From: a virus
Length of the DNA stretch: 45,960 bases
Direction: 5' to 3' (one strand)
Virus record (IMG/VR): IMGVR_UViG_3300044712_000189
Location: 1-45,960 of that record
Numbering within the stretch: position 1 is the stretch's first letter; every line of letters begins with the position of its first letter. Positions 33,935-42,704 of this stretch are shown here, in pieces. The translations under genes and the position numbers were made by a program. Under the pieces are notes generated by a model that was not told where the DNA came from, did no database searches, and saw only the letters and a program-made list of their open reading frames with translations.

Positions 33935-35985
33935 TAGGCCATTCCTCCTTGTGGTGCTGCATTAGGATCGGGCTGTCCCGGGGGAGGACTGACCATACCG
34001 CCACCAGGCGCTAAGTCAGGTCCCATCGCTCCGTTAGGCATAGTAGCCGTCACTGCTTGCAGACTCATTTGGTGAAGCATAACGTGTTGCTCAAAAATAG
34101 CCTTAACCGGATCAGGTAATAACTCAAACTGCTGGGTCTTACGGAATCGGTTGTGGGCTAAAATGTGAGCCTGGTGGTTATCCCAAGTGTTCGGCGGTAA
34201 CACGGGCTCCGGCTGAACCGGCTGACCCGTAGTGGGGTCTGTCTTATACTCGCCTGTCATGGGGTCCTTAGGAGGCATAACTAACTCGACAGCTAACATC
34301 GGGTCAATACTTGCCATCTTAAGGTTCTCGCGCTCAGCCTGCCTCTTGTCTACAAGGTAGTCCTCGTAAACCTTCTCGATGCCACCAACATCAAGAATCT
34401 CCAACGCTTGCTGCGGAGGAATTACGCCCAACTTAAGAAGGTCCATAACAAACGCTTGCTTGGCTGCCTTCGATTGGGGGAGTGCAGAGCCACTTTGTAC
34501 GCGAATATCAGTGTTACCACGCAGAGCATTACCAGCCCAATGCTGCGCCTCAAACGCACCATCACGGCCAACTACACGCACTAAGCGCGCCTGATCCCAG
34601 AATTGGGTGACGTACTTAAGGTAGTGCTGGCCTAAGGTCTGTAACGCATCTTCGATACTAGAAACCGCATACGCTAACTTAGTGTCGTCTTGCTCCTGTA
34701 AGTACGTAATAGCAGTAGCAGCCGTAACCTGCGCCGGCGTGTTGCCGCGTGTAATCTCGTGCTGACCACTAATGTCGTCCATATCTTGCTGTAGACGATC
34801 TAACTCTTGCAGTACGTAAGGAGGTAGACTGTCCATCGGTAGCGGTGTCGGCGGGTTCAGACCAGGAGTATACAGGATCACCTGTCCTGGCTCCGAGGAA
34901 ATTTGTCTCGGATTAACGCTACCCCGAGGGGCCATTAACCGAGGCTTCGCCATTAAGTTCTTAGCCTCAATGATCTGGCTCTTAGTACGGTTGTATTCCT
35001 TCTGTAGCGGGATCAGGTCCTTAACGTTAGAATCCGCATAAAACTTACCCGTCGGCACAATGTCGATCTTGTAGAACGGGAACTCGTTATGCTGGTAAGG
35101 GAAGTTACGCAGGACCTGAATAGGCTTACCACCTACAAGGGTAACTAACCCGCCCTGCGGGAAGTCCTTGTGGGCGCCAGCCTTAATCCAGCACTCGATG
35201 ATTACAACTTCGTTCTTAAGAGAGTTGCGAGCGTTCACCATGTTGAGGAACGACTCTTCGATCGGGACCTCAGCCTTAACCGTAGGCAGGCTGTCAAGAC
35301 CATAGGCTGCCTTAACAAACTCGGCAGACTTAGTAGTGACGTGCATGATGTACGGCTGCTTCTGTAGGTCCTCTTCCTCTAAGTTAGGAACGAATAAGTG
35401 GAAGGGGCTCACGCGCTCGATAATAATGTCGCCACGCATAGGCTGCCCATCGGGACCGGGCTCCGTAAGTAACACGTCCGGGTCCCAATACTGCTTGATG
35501 AAACTAGTACCACAGATACTAGCCCACCACACAGACTGACGGATAACCTTGTTAATCTTCTTGTCGCTGTAAGCGGCCTCGAAAATCTGCTCACCGATGC
35601 GAGCCGCTGCTTGGTCCTCGTCCTCTGTAGTAGCAGGGAGCACCGTAAACGTCGGCTTGTTGCTAGTCAGGCGGCTAATCTCGTGGCGAACAATAGGTCG
35701 AATCTTATTGACGATCATACGCACGCGCCACGGGGGAGCAGCAGGCGTACGTAACTGGAAATTACCGGAGTTGGTCTGCGAGATAAACTGAACGTAGTGC
35801 TTACCGAAGTAGAACGCGAGGTTCATGTACCAGTCGCGCTCGGTACTGATTCGGTCGTTCTTAGCCTTCTGATACTCAGCGTAGACCCACGCAGCAATTT
35901 CCTTATCGCGCTGCGCGTCAATAAAACCCTGTAAGATAGAGCGATTAGCGTGAGTGTCCGAGGCCGACTGGTCGATAATACTCAT
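33934..35985 (-). CDS. Portal protein (683 aa)
   Basis: A large ORF downstream of TerL and upstream of scaffold and capsid. Its start overlaps the upstream stop codon (ATGA). The call rests on position and size. Confidence 0.8.
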   Translation of the reverse strand: MSIIDQSASDTHANRSILQGFIDAQRDKEIAAWVYAEYQKAKNDRISTERDWYMNLAFYFGKHYVQFISQTNSGNFQLRTPAAPPWRVRMIVNKIRPIVRHEISRLTSNKPTFTVLPATTEDEDQAAARIGEQIFEAAYSDKKINKVIRQSVWWASICGTSFIKQYWDPDVLLTEPGPDGQPMRGDIIIERVSPFHLFVPNLEEEDLQKQPYIMHVTTKSAEFVKAAYGLDSLPTVKAEVPIEESFLNMVNARNSLKNEVVIIECWIKAGAHKDFPQGGLVTLVGGKPIQVLRNFPYQHNEFPFYKIDIVPTGKFYADSNVKDLIPLQKEYNRTKSQIIEAKNLMAKPRLMAPRGSVNPRQISSEPGQVILYTPGLNPPTPLPMDSLPPYVLQELDRLQQDMDDISGQHEITRGNTPAQVTAATAITYLQEQDDTKLAYAVSSIEDALQTLGQHYLKYVTQFWDQARLVRVVGRDGAFEAQHWAGNALRGNTDIRVQSGSALPQSKAAKQAFVMDLLKLGVIPPQQALEILDVGGIEKVYEDYLVDKRQAERENLKMASIDPMLAVELVMPPKDPMTGEYKTDPTTGQPVQPEPVLPPNTWDNHQAHILAHNRFRKTQQFELLPDPVKAIFEQHVMLHQMSLQAVTATMPNGAMGPDLAPGGGMVSPPPGQPDPNAAPQGGMA

Positions 35986-36338
35986 CGGTCAGTACCCTCA
36001 TAAATAATGTCGCCGAAAGCCTCGTAATCCTCTTGCGTTAACTCGTCACCAAAACCGGGAGAGAAACGCTTAGCCTCAGCGGCATCGCCCATACTAATGT
36101 AATCAGGCTCAGAGGTCACTAAGGATGGGGTCAACGTCGTCGCGTTCAGCGTCTGTAACGTGAACGGGTCCTTCGTCCGTAACTGATTCATCAGGCTCTG
36201 AATCAGATTCTCCCGGTCCTTGAGCATCGACGTCAGGAACCTCGTCTGCGTCTGACTCTGCCGGTAATTCAGCACCGATAACAGTATCACCGATAATAGT
36301 AACGCCACGATCAATAAGGCGCTCAGCCATGAGTCCAT
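35982..36338 (-). CDS. Possible overprinted membrane-anchored protein (118 aa)
   Basis: GGAAGGGA lies 6 nt upstream of ATG 36338. The N-terminus is hydrophobic (WLSALLIVALLLSVILLSVL). It overlaps 36109..36627 by 230 nt in another frame. A shorter alternative starts at ATG 36092. Confidence 0.4.
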   Translation of the reverse strand: MDSWLSALLIVALLLSVILLSVLNYRQSQTQTRFLTSMLKDRENLIQSLMNQLRTKDPFTLQTLNATTLTPSLVTSEPDYISMGDAAEAKRFSPGFGDELTQEDYEAFGDIIYEGTDR

Positions 36339-36627
36339 TTAAGATCCCTTCCGTAGATGCGATCTGGGCATCCTTAGCAACGATATCTGCTTCTAATTGC
36401 AGGATGCGCGCACGCATCGTGTGGTACGGAGCCTCAGGGAACACCGTGGTTAACTCAAACGCACAACTACAGCAGAAGTAAACAACGCCGTAAAACTCGT
36501 AGTCTAACTTCGTGTCTACAAAGCCGTCTTCGTTGTAAGTTGAGCCGCAAACTGCACAGGCAGCAGGAAGCGCCATTTCACCAGCGGGTACGCGAGCAAA
36601 ACGGCCCGAGGGGTCGTAACCGGCCAT
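36109..36627 (-). CDS. Zinc-ribbon protein with an acidic C-terminal tail (172 aa)
   Basis: Its start overlaps the TerL stop codon (TAATG). Cys motifs are CAVCG ... CCSC, followed by a helical segment and a D/E-rich tail. Confidence 0.7.
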   Translation of the reverse strand: MAGYDPSGRFARVPAGEMALPAACAVCGSTYNEDGFVDTKLDYEFYGVVYFCCSCAFELTTVFPEAPYHTMRARILQLEADIVAKDAQIASTEGILNGLMAERLIDRGVTIIGDTVIGAELPAESDADEVPDVDAQGPGESDSEPDESVTDEGPVHVTDAERDDVDPILSDL

Positions 36628-38204
36628 TAGTATTCTCCACCTAAAAATTCATCGTAGACCCACTGTGTACCTAACGAGGCATACTCCTTGTTAGGTCGAT
36701 CAGAGCGTCCGAACGGGTCTGCGACTTCATCCTCGTACGCTGCCATAGATAAGCCTAGCCCCTCAGGCATGGCTGACTCAACCGAATCCTTACTGCCTAA
36801 GCGCGCGTGGTACTCAGACGTTAATTCCGGTCGAGACATAATTGCGTAGCGTAAGGAGTCGGCAGCGTGGTCGTCCTTCTTATGGGGCTGGTCGAAAGCG
36901 TTGTTTTGCGACTGCTGCTTCTTAGAAGCGTAAGTCTTCCAACGGTAACGACGTAATTCCTTAATCAGGTTATAACAGTTAGGAGTAACGTGCCACATAG
37001 CCTGACCGTTCTTACGCGGCTCCATATACTTGGCTACACGCACGATACCCGCAGCAACATCGTTGTTTGCTAACGCAAAGGGTAGTCCGTACTTAGCGTA
37101 CTCTTCGTGGATGCTTGTTCCGGTGATTGGATCGGTATTTCGAATAGAGGGATCTGCGATGAAGATGTCAGGTCCACGACCAAGTTGCTTGTTGATTCGA
37201 TGAATCTCTCGGGCGTGCTTGTCAACAGTCCACCCCTGTTGATAGTGCTCCCTAAACGTAATAACTGATCCTTCTGGATCGACCCCATGCCATAGGGCTG
37301 CAGTAGGGTTGTTAAATCCGTGGTCGAGCGAGAGAATCCAAACCCAGTCCTTCGGAATCTCCGGGTTATCCTTAAGCACATGCAAGCCCCCCGGCTGCGG
37401 GTCAAAGTGCTTATAAATTAGACCACCGAGTTGGATGAACTTACCGTGGATACGGGCGTCCTTCTCTTCCTCAGTTAATCCAGAGATGAACTCCTGGACC
37501 TCAAGGTCTCCCAGGTGAGGGTTGTCTGTCATATCTACCTCAATGACAGCAATGGAGTCATTTGCACCACTTACACCAGGCTCGTAAACTTGATCGTAAA
37601 TCCACGTCATACCGTCAACAGGCGTCATGGTAAACCAGTGGCTACCACCCGTGTCAATAAGACGCGCCTTGTTCTCAGTATAGATTACCTCAGGAGGCTC
37701 CTCGTCAAAGTGAATAAAGTGTCGACTAGTACCCGCAAACTTGTCGAGGTCCTGGTCGTACGACATAAACTCTACAAAGGAGCCGTTAGCGAAAGTTAAC
37801 GTCCTGAGGGTTTTGTCATAACTATCTTCCCATGATCCATTAATAAGGTAACTTGGCGCGCACCATCGGGCAAACTCTGGAAGGATAATCTTCGCAAGAC
37901 CATTGGTAAAGTCGACTGTGACGATACGCCCACGAATCGGACCCTCAGGAATTGCACGGTAAGGGTGGTTCCCGCGGAGCCAGTAAATATCTTCGAGGAT
38001 TCCGCCCGTAGTCTTGCCCGATCGGTTACCACCAATGTAGAGGCGGATACGGGCACTAGAACTATGGAACTTGATTTGCTTGTCATGAGGAATGTATCCA
38101 TGCACGTTAGGGCGGTTACTACTCGCCTTGAGTTTCTCCCCAAGCAGCCTAAAGACTGCCTGGGGAGAGTCTAACTCCGCAGCCTTCTTCGGCCTACCAG
38201 CCAT
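36627..38204 (-). CDS. terL: Terminase large subunit
   Basis: Walker A is YIGGNRSGKTTG and Walker B is HFIHFDEEP. A C-terminal RNaseH-like nuclease region contains ILSLDHGFNNP and KKDDHAADSLRYA. Confidence 0.93.
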   Translation of the reverse strand: MAGRPKKAAELDSPQAVFRLLGEKLKASSNRPNVHGYIPHDKQIKFHSSSARIRLYIGGNRSGKTTGGILEDIYWLRGNHPYRAIPEGPIRGRIVTVDFTNGLAKIILPEFARWCAPSYLINGSWEDSYDKTLRTLTFANGSFVEFMSYDQDLDKFAGTSRHFIHFDEEPPEVIYTENKARLIDTGGSHWFTMTPVDGMTWIYDQVYEPGVSGANDSIAVIEVDMTDNPHLGDLEVQEFISGLTEEEKDARIHGKFIQLGGLIYKHFDPQPGGLHVLKDNPEIPKDWVWILSLDHGFNNPTAALWHGVDPEGSVITFREHYQQGWTVDKHAREIHRINKQLGRGPDIFIADPSIRNTDPITGTSIHEEYAKYGLPFALANNDVAAGIVRVAKYMEPRKNGQAMWHVTPNCYNLIKELRRYRWKTYASKKQQSQNNAFDQPHKKDDHAADSLRYAIMSRPELTSEYHARLGSKDSVESAMPEGLGLSMAAYEDEVADPFGRSDRPNKEYASLGTQWVYDEFLGGEY

Positions 38205-39115
38205 TACTCATAGATCCTATACGTGATGCGTAACTGCGGTTCGCCGGACTCACCGTTACCAGCGAAGTAACCATAATACTCAGTAGCATTGCTGTTAGCC
38301 CAGAGGGCAATGCCCTTCTTAGTGCCCCCCGCCTGCCAGTCTGCTAAAGTACCCCGCACACCAGCAGATAGGGCACACCACTTAGCACCTGTTTTAGTAG
38401 TCCAAGACGTATCCGAGTTACTACTAAGGCTAGTAATGCCAGACCACGTAGAGGGTGCTGTAGTGTTGTTACACGTTCGAATACGTGCTGTACCGCCGGA
38501 GTCAGGACCCCAGTGTAGAGCGTTAAGATACACTTCGACGTTAGTAATATCATACGCACCTGCTAAGTCGGTCTGAATGATAGTGCTAAATCGAATAAAA
38601 CACTTCTGCTGGTCATGAACACTAGACACGTAGCCTTGGTAGATATGAGCGTCGTCATTACGCTGAGTACCGTCGCCGTTGTATGATTGCGTGCTAGTGC
38701 AAGCATACGTAAGAGTGTACGTGTTGAGAACCTTAGCAGCAACGGTAATTGTACCCGACGTAGACGCACTAAATCCGCCAAAACCACTGAATGCAGCATA
38801 AAATGTAGATGATCCAGTAATCTGAGCAGTAGTGTACGACCATGCGCCAGTAGATGGGTTAACAGCTACAGCAACCCCGTATCCAACTCCGTTACGGTAC
38901 ACCTGAACAGTACCGCCACCAGGGTTAGGACTAACGACACCGCTCACCGTAAAGTTGGTACTAGGTTGAGCGCGATAGGTACTAGATGCAATACTCGTAG
39001 TTGTAGCCGAAGCACCTGCAGCGATAACTGCGCCGCTAGGGACGATAGCATCAGGCCGCCACTTGGATCCATCCCACCACTTAAGATTGACACCTAACTG
39101 CCCAATGCTAGTCAT
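38204..39115 (-). CDS. Fibre-associated / carbohydrate-binding-like structural protein (303 aa)
   Basis: The N-terminal half is Ig-like and Thr/Ser/Gly-rich. The C-terminal beta-sandwich-like region ends EPQLRITYRIYE. It is translationally coupled to both neighbours (TAATG overlaps). Confidence 0.7.
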   Translation of the reverse strand: MTSIGQLGVNLKWWDGSKWRPDAIVPSGAVIAAGASATTTSIASSTYRAQPSTNFTVSGVVSPNPGGGTVQVYRNGVGYGVAVAVNPSTGAWSYTTAQITGSSTFYAAFSGFGGFSASTSGTITVAAKVLNTYTLTYACTSTQSYNGDGTQRNDDAHIYQGYVSSVHDQQKCFIRFSTIIQTDLAGAYDITNVEVYLNALHWGPDSGGTARIRTCNNTTAPSTWSGITSLSSNSDTSWTTKTGAKWCALSAGVRGTLADWQAGGTKKGIALWANSNATEYYGYFAGNGESGEPQLRITYRIYE

Positions 39116-40584
39116 TACACCACCCCTAGGGTCATAGTACGAAGATCGCCGTAAGGTACGAAACGACCAATAAACCTAATAAAATTAACGTAAATTCCTG
39201 AACCGCCACCAGCACCGGAAGTTGCGTAGCCCATATGCTTAAACTCTACAGAACCGCCACCAACACCGACGTTATATACCTGTAAGACATACTTACCTAA
39301 AACGATCTCGTCCTTTTCAGACGCCTCGCTCCACGTACGTGCTTGGTTCATATCGACACCGCCCCAGAAACCATACGGAGTAAGGTTACTGTAAGACTTC
39401 ACTGCAGGCTTGTACGCGATAAGTTTGTTAGCTACGTTACCAGTGTGTAGCATACAAGAGTAATCCATAAAGAACATACCCCTACAGGGGAAGTCAATGC
39501 GTACTGTCTCTAATGCAATGTCAACCCATGTACCGTTAACTGTAAAAGCAGTTGCCGAGTTGTTTCCATATAGTACGTGAAACTCTTCGTACTCATCGGT
39601 AGATGTATCCCACCACAGTTGTCCTTGTGCTGGATTAGAGGGCGCACTAGGTCCAACGTATAATGGGACTGTATAGCCCCAATCCGCCTGACCACTAGCG
39701 TCACTGACGAGCACTTTGCCGACGCCTTGGTTACCCGTAGGCAGGAACAGGTTTGTGATGTTGGCCGTGTCCGCGTTCACCTGTGTCGTGTCCAGAGCGG
39801 CCGCAGAGACGGCTCCTTCGACCGTCAGCGGCCCCTCCATGCGCTGCGGAGAAGTGACGCCAACGTACAACTTAGACACCGTAGTTAAGTTAGAAACTAA
39901 CTGCACATCATCGTGGTAGCAGTTAAGTGGGAAGCCTGCTGCAACCGTGTCGTCGTCCCAAACAATCACAAGGCGACCACGTAAAGCAGTAGGGGGCACT
40001 AACCAGCTAAACGCCCACACCTGATCTGCGTTCACTGCAGTAATAGATCGCTGACCGATGAACTCTAAAGTTGTACCAGCATCGGGAGTAAGAGCAGTGT
40101 CTACAGAAGGATCAGTAGTGTCCGCTCGCCATGCAACGTAGACCCTGAGCCGGGTACTTAAGGTGTCACCACGGTAAGTGATGTTGCCCGCCATATCCTC
40201 ATTGGCTACAGGAGTAAAGACGTTGCTTTGCCAAACTACTTCTGAGGTGTCAACTGATAACTGACTGAGGAAGTCTCCCGCTGAGACGGAGCCTGACCCG
40301 TTGATTGTGGAGATAGTCCAGTTAGTAATACCGCTAGAAGCGTCGCCATTGAGAATGAGATTGTCACCAGCAATCTCGGGGTGAGTGTGCTGTTGGAACG
40401 CGTAGGTGTCATCGAAAACCTGCTTTGCTAACGGAAGGGACGTTGCCTGATCCGGGCCGTTACCAATAGTGTGGTGGTGTGCCTCCGGCCCACTATCCAC
40501 GTCGTCGTAAAGGTGATCTTGACGTGACTTAGTAGCCCCACCGTCAACGGTGAAGCCCTCTAACGGACTGAAACCCTCGGTCAT
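39115..40584 (-). CDS. Tail fibre / minor tail protein (489 aa)
   Basis: The N-terminal motif DDVDSGPEAHHHTIGNGPDQA matches the D-x-D...HHHT[LI]G-x-G-x-x-QA signature I recall from actinophage minor tail proteins. The start overlaps the upstream stop codon (ATGA). Confidence 0.75.
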   Translation of the reverse strand: MTEGFSPLEGFTVDGGATKSRQDHLYDDVDSGPEAHHHTIGNGPDQATSLPLAKQVFDDTYAFQQHTHPEIAGDNLILNGDASSGITNWTISTINGSGSVSAGDFLSQLSVDTSEVVWQSNVFTPVANEDMAGNITYRGDTLSTRLRVYVAWRADTTDPSVDTALTPDAGTTLEFIGQRSITAVNADQVWAFSWLVPPTALRGRLVIVWDDDTVAAGFPLNCYHDDVQLVSNLTTVSKLYVGVTSPQRMEGPLTVEGAVSAAALDTTQVNADTANITNLFLPTGNQGVGKVLVSDASGQADWGYTVPLYVGPSAPSNPAQGQLWWDTSTDEYEEFHVLYGNNSATAFTVNGTWVDIALETVRIDFPCRGMFFMDYSCMLHTGNVANKLIAYKPAVKSYSNLTPYGFWGGVDMNQARTWSEASEKDEIVLGKYVLQVYNVGVGGGSVEFKHMGYATSGAGGGSGIYVNFIRFIGRFVPYGDLRTMTLGVV

Positions 40585-41399
40585 AAGTCGTCCACCACTA
40601 CCTCGTTCTTAACTGGCTCGGGTGCCGAGGTAATAACATGCACCTGCTTCTGAACCACCTGATTAGTAGGGCCGCTAGGCAGTGCGCCGGGTTCCGCTAA
40701 CTTCATCAGGTCCGTAGCAATAACGGATTGTAATTCAGGGTTCTGAACGCGCTGCTGAATAATCTCAAGCACGCGCATAACGATCATCATAGCGTCCATC
40801 GCGTTACCGCCCTGCGATGCAGGAACGTAGCGACCCGTAAGTTCGTTGTAATACTTAATGGCGCCCATATCACCGGAGCGCACTCGGTCAATAAGTGCAA
40901 GGTGCGCCTCATGTTGGTTATCGCCGAGGGCGTTCTCAGCACGCGCACGAATGTAATTCTGGAACCCCGGATCACGTAACCAGGACTGGTACGTCTGCGT
41001 GGGGATGCCTAAATCTGCTAACTTCTTCTTAGCCGATCGGGTGTCCGTAAGGTCAAGGAGTACGTTTGCTACAGTAAGTTGTTGCTCACTGAGCATGTAA
41101 CGCTTCCACTCAGCGTGCGTACCGCGACCGATGATCTCTAAGCCACGCAGCGAGATACCGCGCTCCCTACAGGCCGCCCGAAAGTTAGCACTCTTAAAGA
41201 AGTCGTAGTAGTGGTCAGGGACGCCCATTTCCTTAGCGCGCTCGCTAGTGGGAATCAGGCCAAACTCAAACCAGTATTGCTCTAGGAAGTTAAGGAACTC
41301 GTCTTGCTCGTCGGTAATTTCTGCAGCGTTAAACAACGCCTCGTCGTCCTCAAGGAACGGGTTGGCGTTAGGGTTCGGGAGCACTGGCCGATCAGCCAT
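40581..41399 (-). CDS. Terminase small subunit-like HTH protein
   Basis: Track ORF trimmed to ATG 41399 (TAATG overlap; GGAGGG 9 nt upstream). The segment LSEQQLTVANVLLDLTDTRSAKKKLADLGIPTQTYQSWLRDPGF is HTH-like, as in TerS proteins. This is inference. Confidence 0.55.
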   Translation of the reverse strand: MADRPVLPNPNANPFLEDDEALFNAAEITDEQDEFLNFLEQYWFEFGLIPTSERAKEMGVPDHYYDFFKSANFRAACRERGISLRGLEIIGRGTHAEWKRYMLSEQQLTVANVLLDLTDTRSAKKKLADLGIPTQTYQSWLRDPGFQNYIRARAENALGDNQHEAHLALIDRVRSGDMGAIKYYNELTGRYVPASQGGNAMDAMMIVMRVLEIIQQRVQNPELQSVIATDLMKLAEPGALPSGPTNQVVQKQVHVITSAPEPVKNEVVVDDL

Positions 41400-41908
41400 T
41401 AACGCGCCCTCCACTCTGCATAACTAAGCATGAAGTCGGTAATCAGCCGAGGCTCGTAGCCGGAGTCCTTAAGAGCGTCAAGTAAGATTTCCGGGGGAAT
41501 CGCGGGGTGATTCGGTCCCATCACAAACTTGTGCAGAATAGGTAGGTGAAGGCACAATGCCACGCAGACTTGAGTAAGGTTCGTAGCTTTACTGCTGTTG
41601 ATCCACGCTTGTAAGGGGTGAATGGGTCCAGACTCAAACTCGTAATCGGGGTCAAGGATTCCGTAGTTACTTTGGCGCTTGCTTACCTGGTAAGCGTGGT
41701 AATCTTCCACGAACGCTTCCCACGGTAAGCCGTCAGGTAAGAAGGGCATAAACTTAGGTGATGGATCGGGAATGCAGCCCTGCTCAAAGCGTAATAACGC
41801 CATGCGGCTCATTCCCACCTTATACGCGAACGTAGCCTGCACGGTGTCCCCGCGTAAATCACGCACGGGGCTAGACTCAATCGGCAACGTCGCCTTAGTC
41901 GGCGGCAT
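41399..41908 (-). CDS. XRE-like HTH protein, first gene of the minus-strand operon
   Basis: The HTH segment is TVQATFAYKVGMSRMALLRFEQG. The start is set at ATG 41908, which has no SD and may be leaderless. GTG 41953 is an alternative start. Confidence 0.6.
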   Translation of the reverse strand: MPPTKATLPIESSPVRDLRGDTVQATFAYKVGMSRMALLRFEQGCIPDPSPKFMPFLPDGLPWEAFVEDYHAYQVSKRQSNYGILDPDYEFESGPIHPLQAWINSSKATNLTQVCVALCLHLPILHKFVMGPNHPAIPPEILLDALKDSGYEPRLITDFMLSYAEWRAR

Positions 41909-41915
41909 GGGTATA

Positions 41916-41944
41916 ATGGTATCAGGCGTGCTTAGGGGGCACAA
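41916..41944 (-). promoter_or_regulatory. Candidate promoter TTGTGC-17-TACCAT placed for a near-leaderless ATG 41908
   Basis: On the minus strand: -35-like (plus-strand coordinates 41939-41944), 17-nt spacer, TAnnnT hexamer (41916-41921) ending 7 nt before the ATG. The match is weak. Confidence 0.25.
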
Positions 41945-41962
41945 GCCTTTCACTAAGGGGGG

Positions 41963-41995
41963 AGGTATACTACGTAATTATCTCGTAGGTATACT
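41963..41995. repeat. Two copies of AGGTATACT (core palindrome GTATAC) 24 bp apart
   Basis: Copies at 41963-41971 and 41987-41995, just upstream of the first minus-strand gene. Confidence 0.6.
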
Positions 41996-42590
41996 AAGTA
42001 AGTGTTGCCGTAATAGGAACGGGTCCCCCGCTACGCTGCTGTCTGTGGCTCGCTTTACCGTGACGACATACTTCCAGCGTGGTGGTGTGTAACCCTCGCT
42101 ACGCTCGGGAAGCGTGTCTTAATAACGGGGCATGTGACACACACATGCACTGCTTACTGCCTGCGGCAGTAAGGCTGTCGCCCTTGCATGTATACCTAAG
42201 GTAGTTGGCTGGAACTAGTGCTAGTACCAGCACAGTAATTAAACCTAACGCCGGCATTCCCGCATCTACCTTTAATGAAGGGGCCAGCCCCTTCACCCCG
42301 CTTAGGGAGAGGCTACGCCTCCCCTAAGAACCCCTCCCCTTACTCACTTCCGTACTTCTCCAGGCTCCAGCAGGTCTCGAACACTTACCCGATAACCACT
42401 CAGTCGTTCCTCCTTCGTGCTTATCGAATAAGCGTTCGATCCATGCTCCAGTCGCCTTCCAATCTCTCTCTCGGTCTATGCCCCTGTATCCTAAGTCGTT
42501 CCGCGTTGCAGTAAAGTCTCTTCACTTACGCTTCCCTACAGGACGGTGCTCCCGCACCAAGCGACTGGACTTACGCTTAATTGCCGAGAC

Positions 42591-42619
42591 TTGACAGCAA
42601 CGCTCCACTCACTTAGCTC
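42591..42619 (+). promoter_or_regulatory. Candidate early promoter CTTGACAG-17-TAGCTC
   Basis: -35 TTGACA at 42591-42596, in the same CTTGACAG context as the sites at 2315 and 5764. The -10 is poor (TAGCTC at 42614-42619). It lies 86 nt upstream of ATG 42705. Confidence 0.3.
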
Positions 42620-42704
42620 GGGGCTACAAGCCCGCGAGCAGCGTGGGAAAGAGCAATCGAAAAGCCTTAGGGCGAAGTTGCTCTCAGACAACTCGGAGGT
42701 CATC

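Noticed and set aside
42099-42514. ORFs 42099..42296(-) and 42275..42514(+), both beginning MKG.APS, in the divergent noncoding region.
   Set aside because: Both starts are generated by the two arms of the same hairpin (gaaggggccagccccttc). There is no SD, and the proteins are Pro/Ser-rich low-complexity. I treat them as artefacts of the palindrome, although a small peptide cannot be formally excluded.
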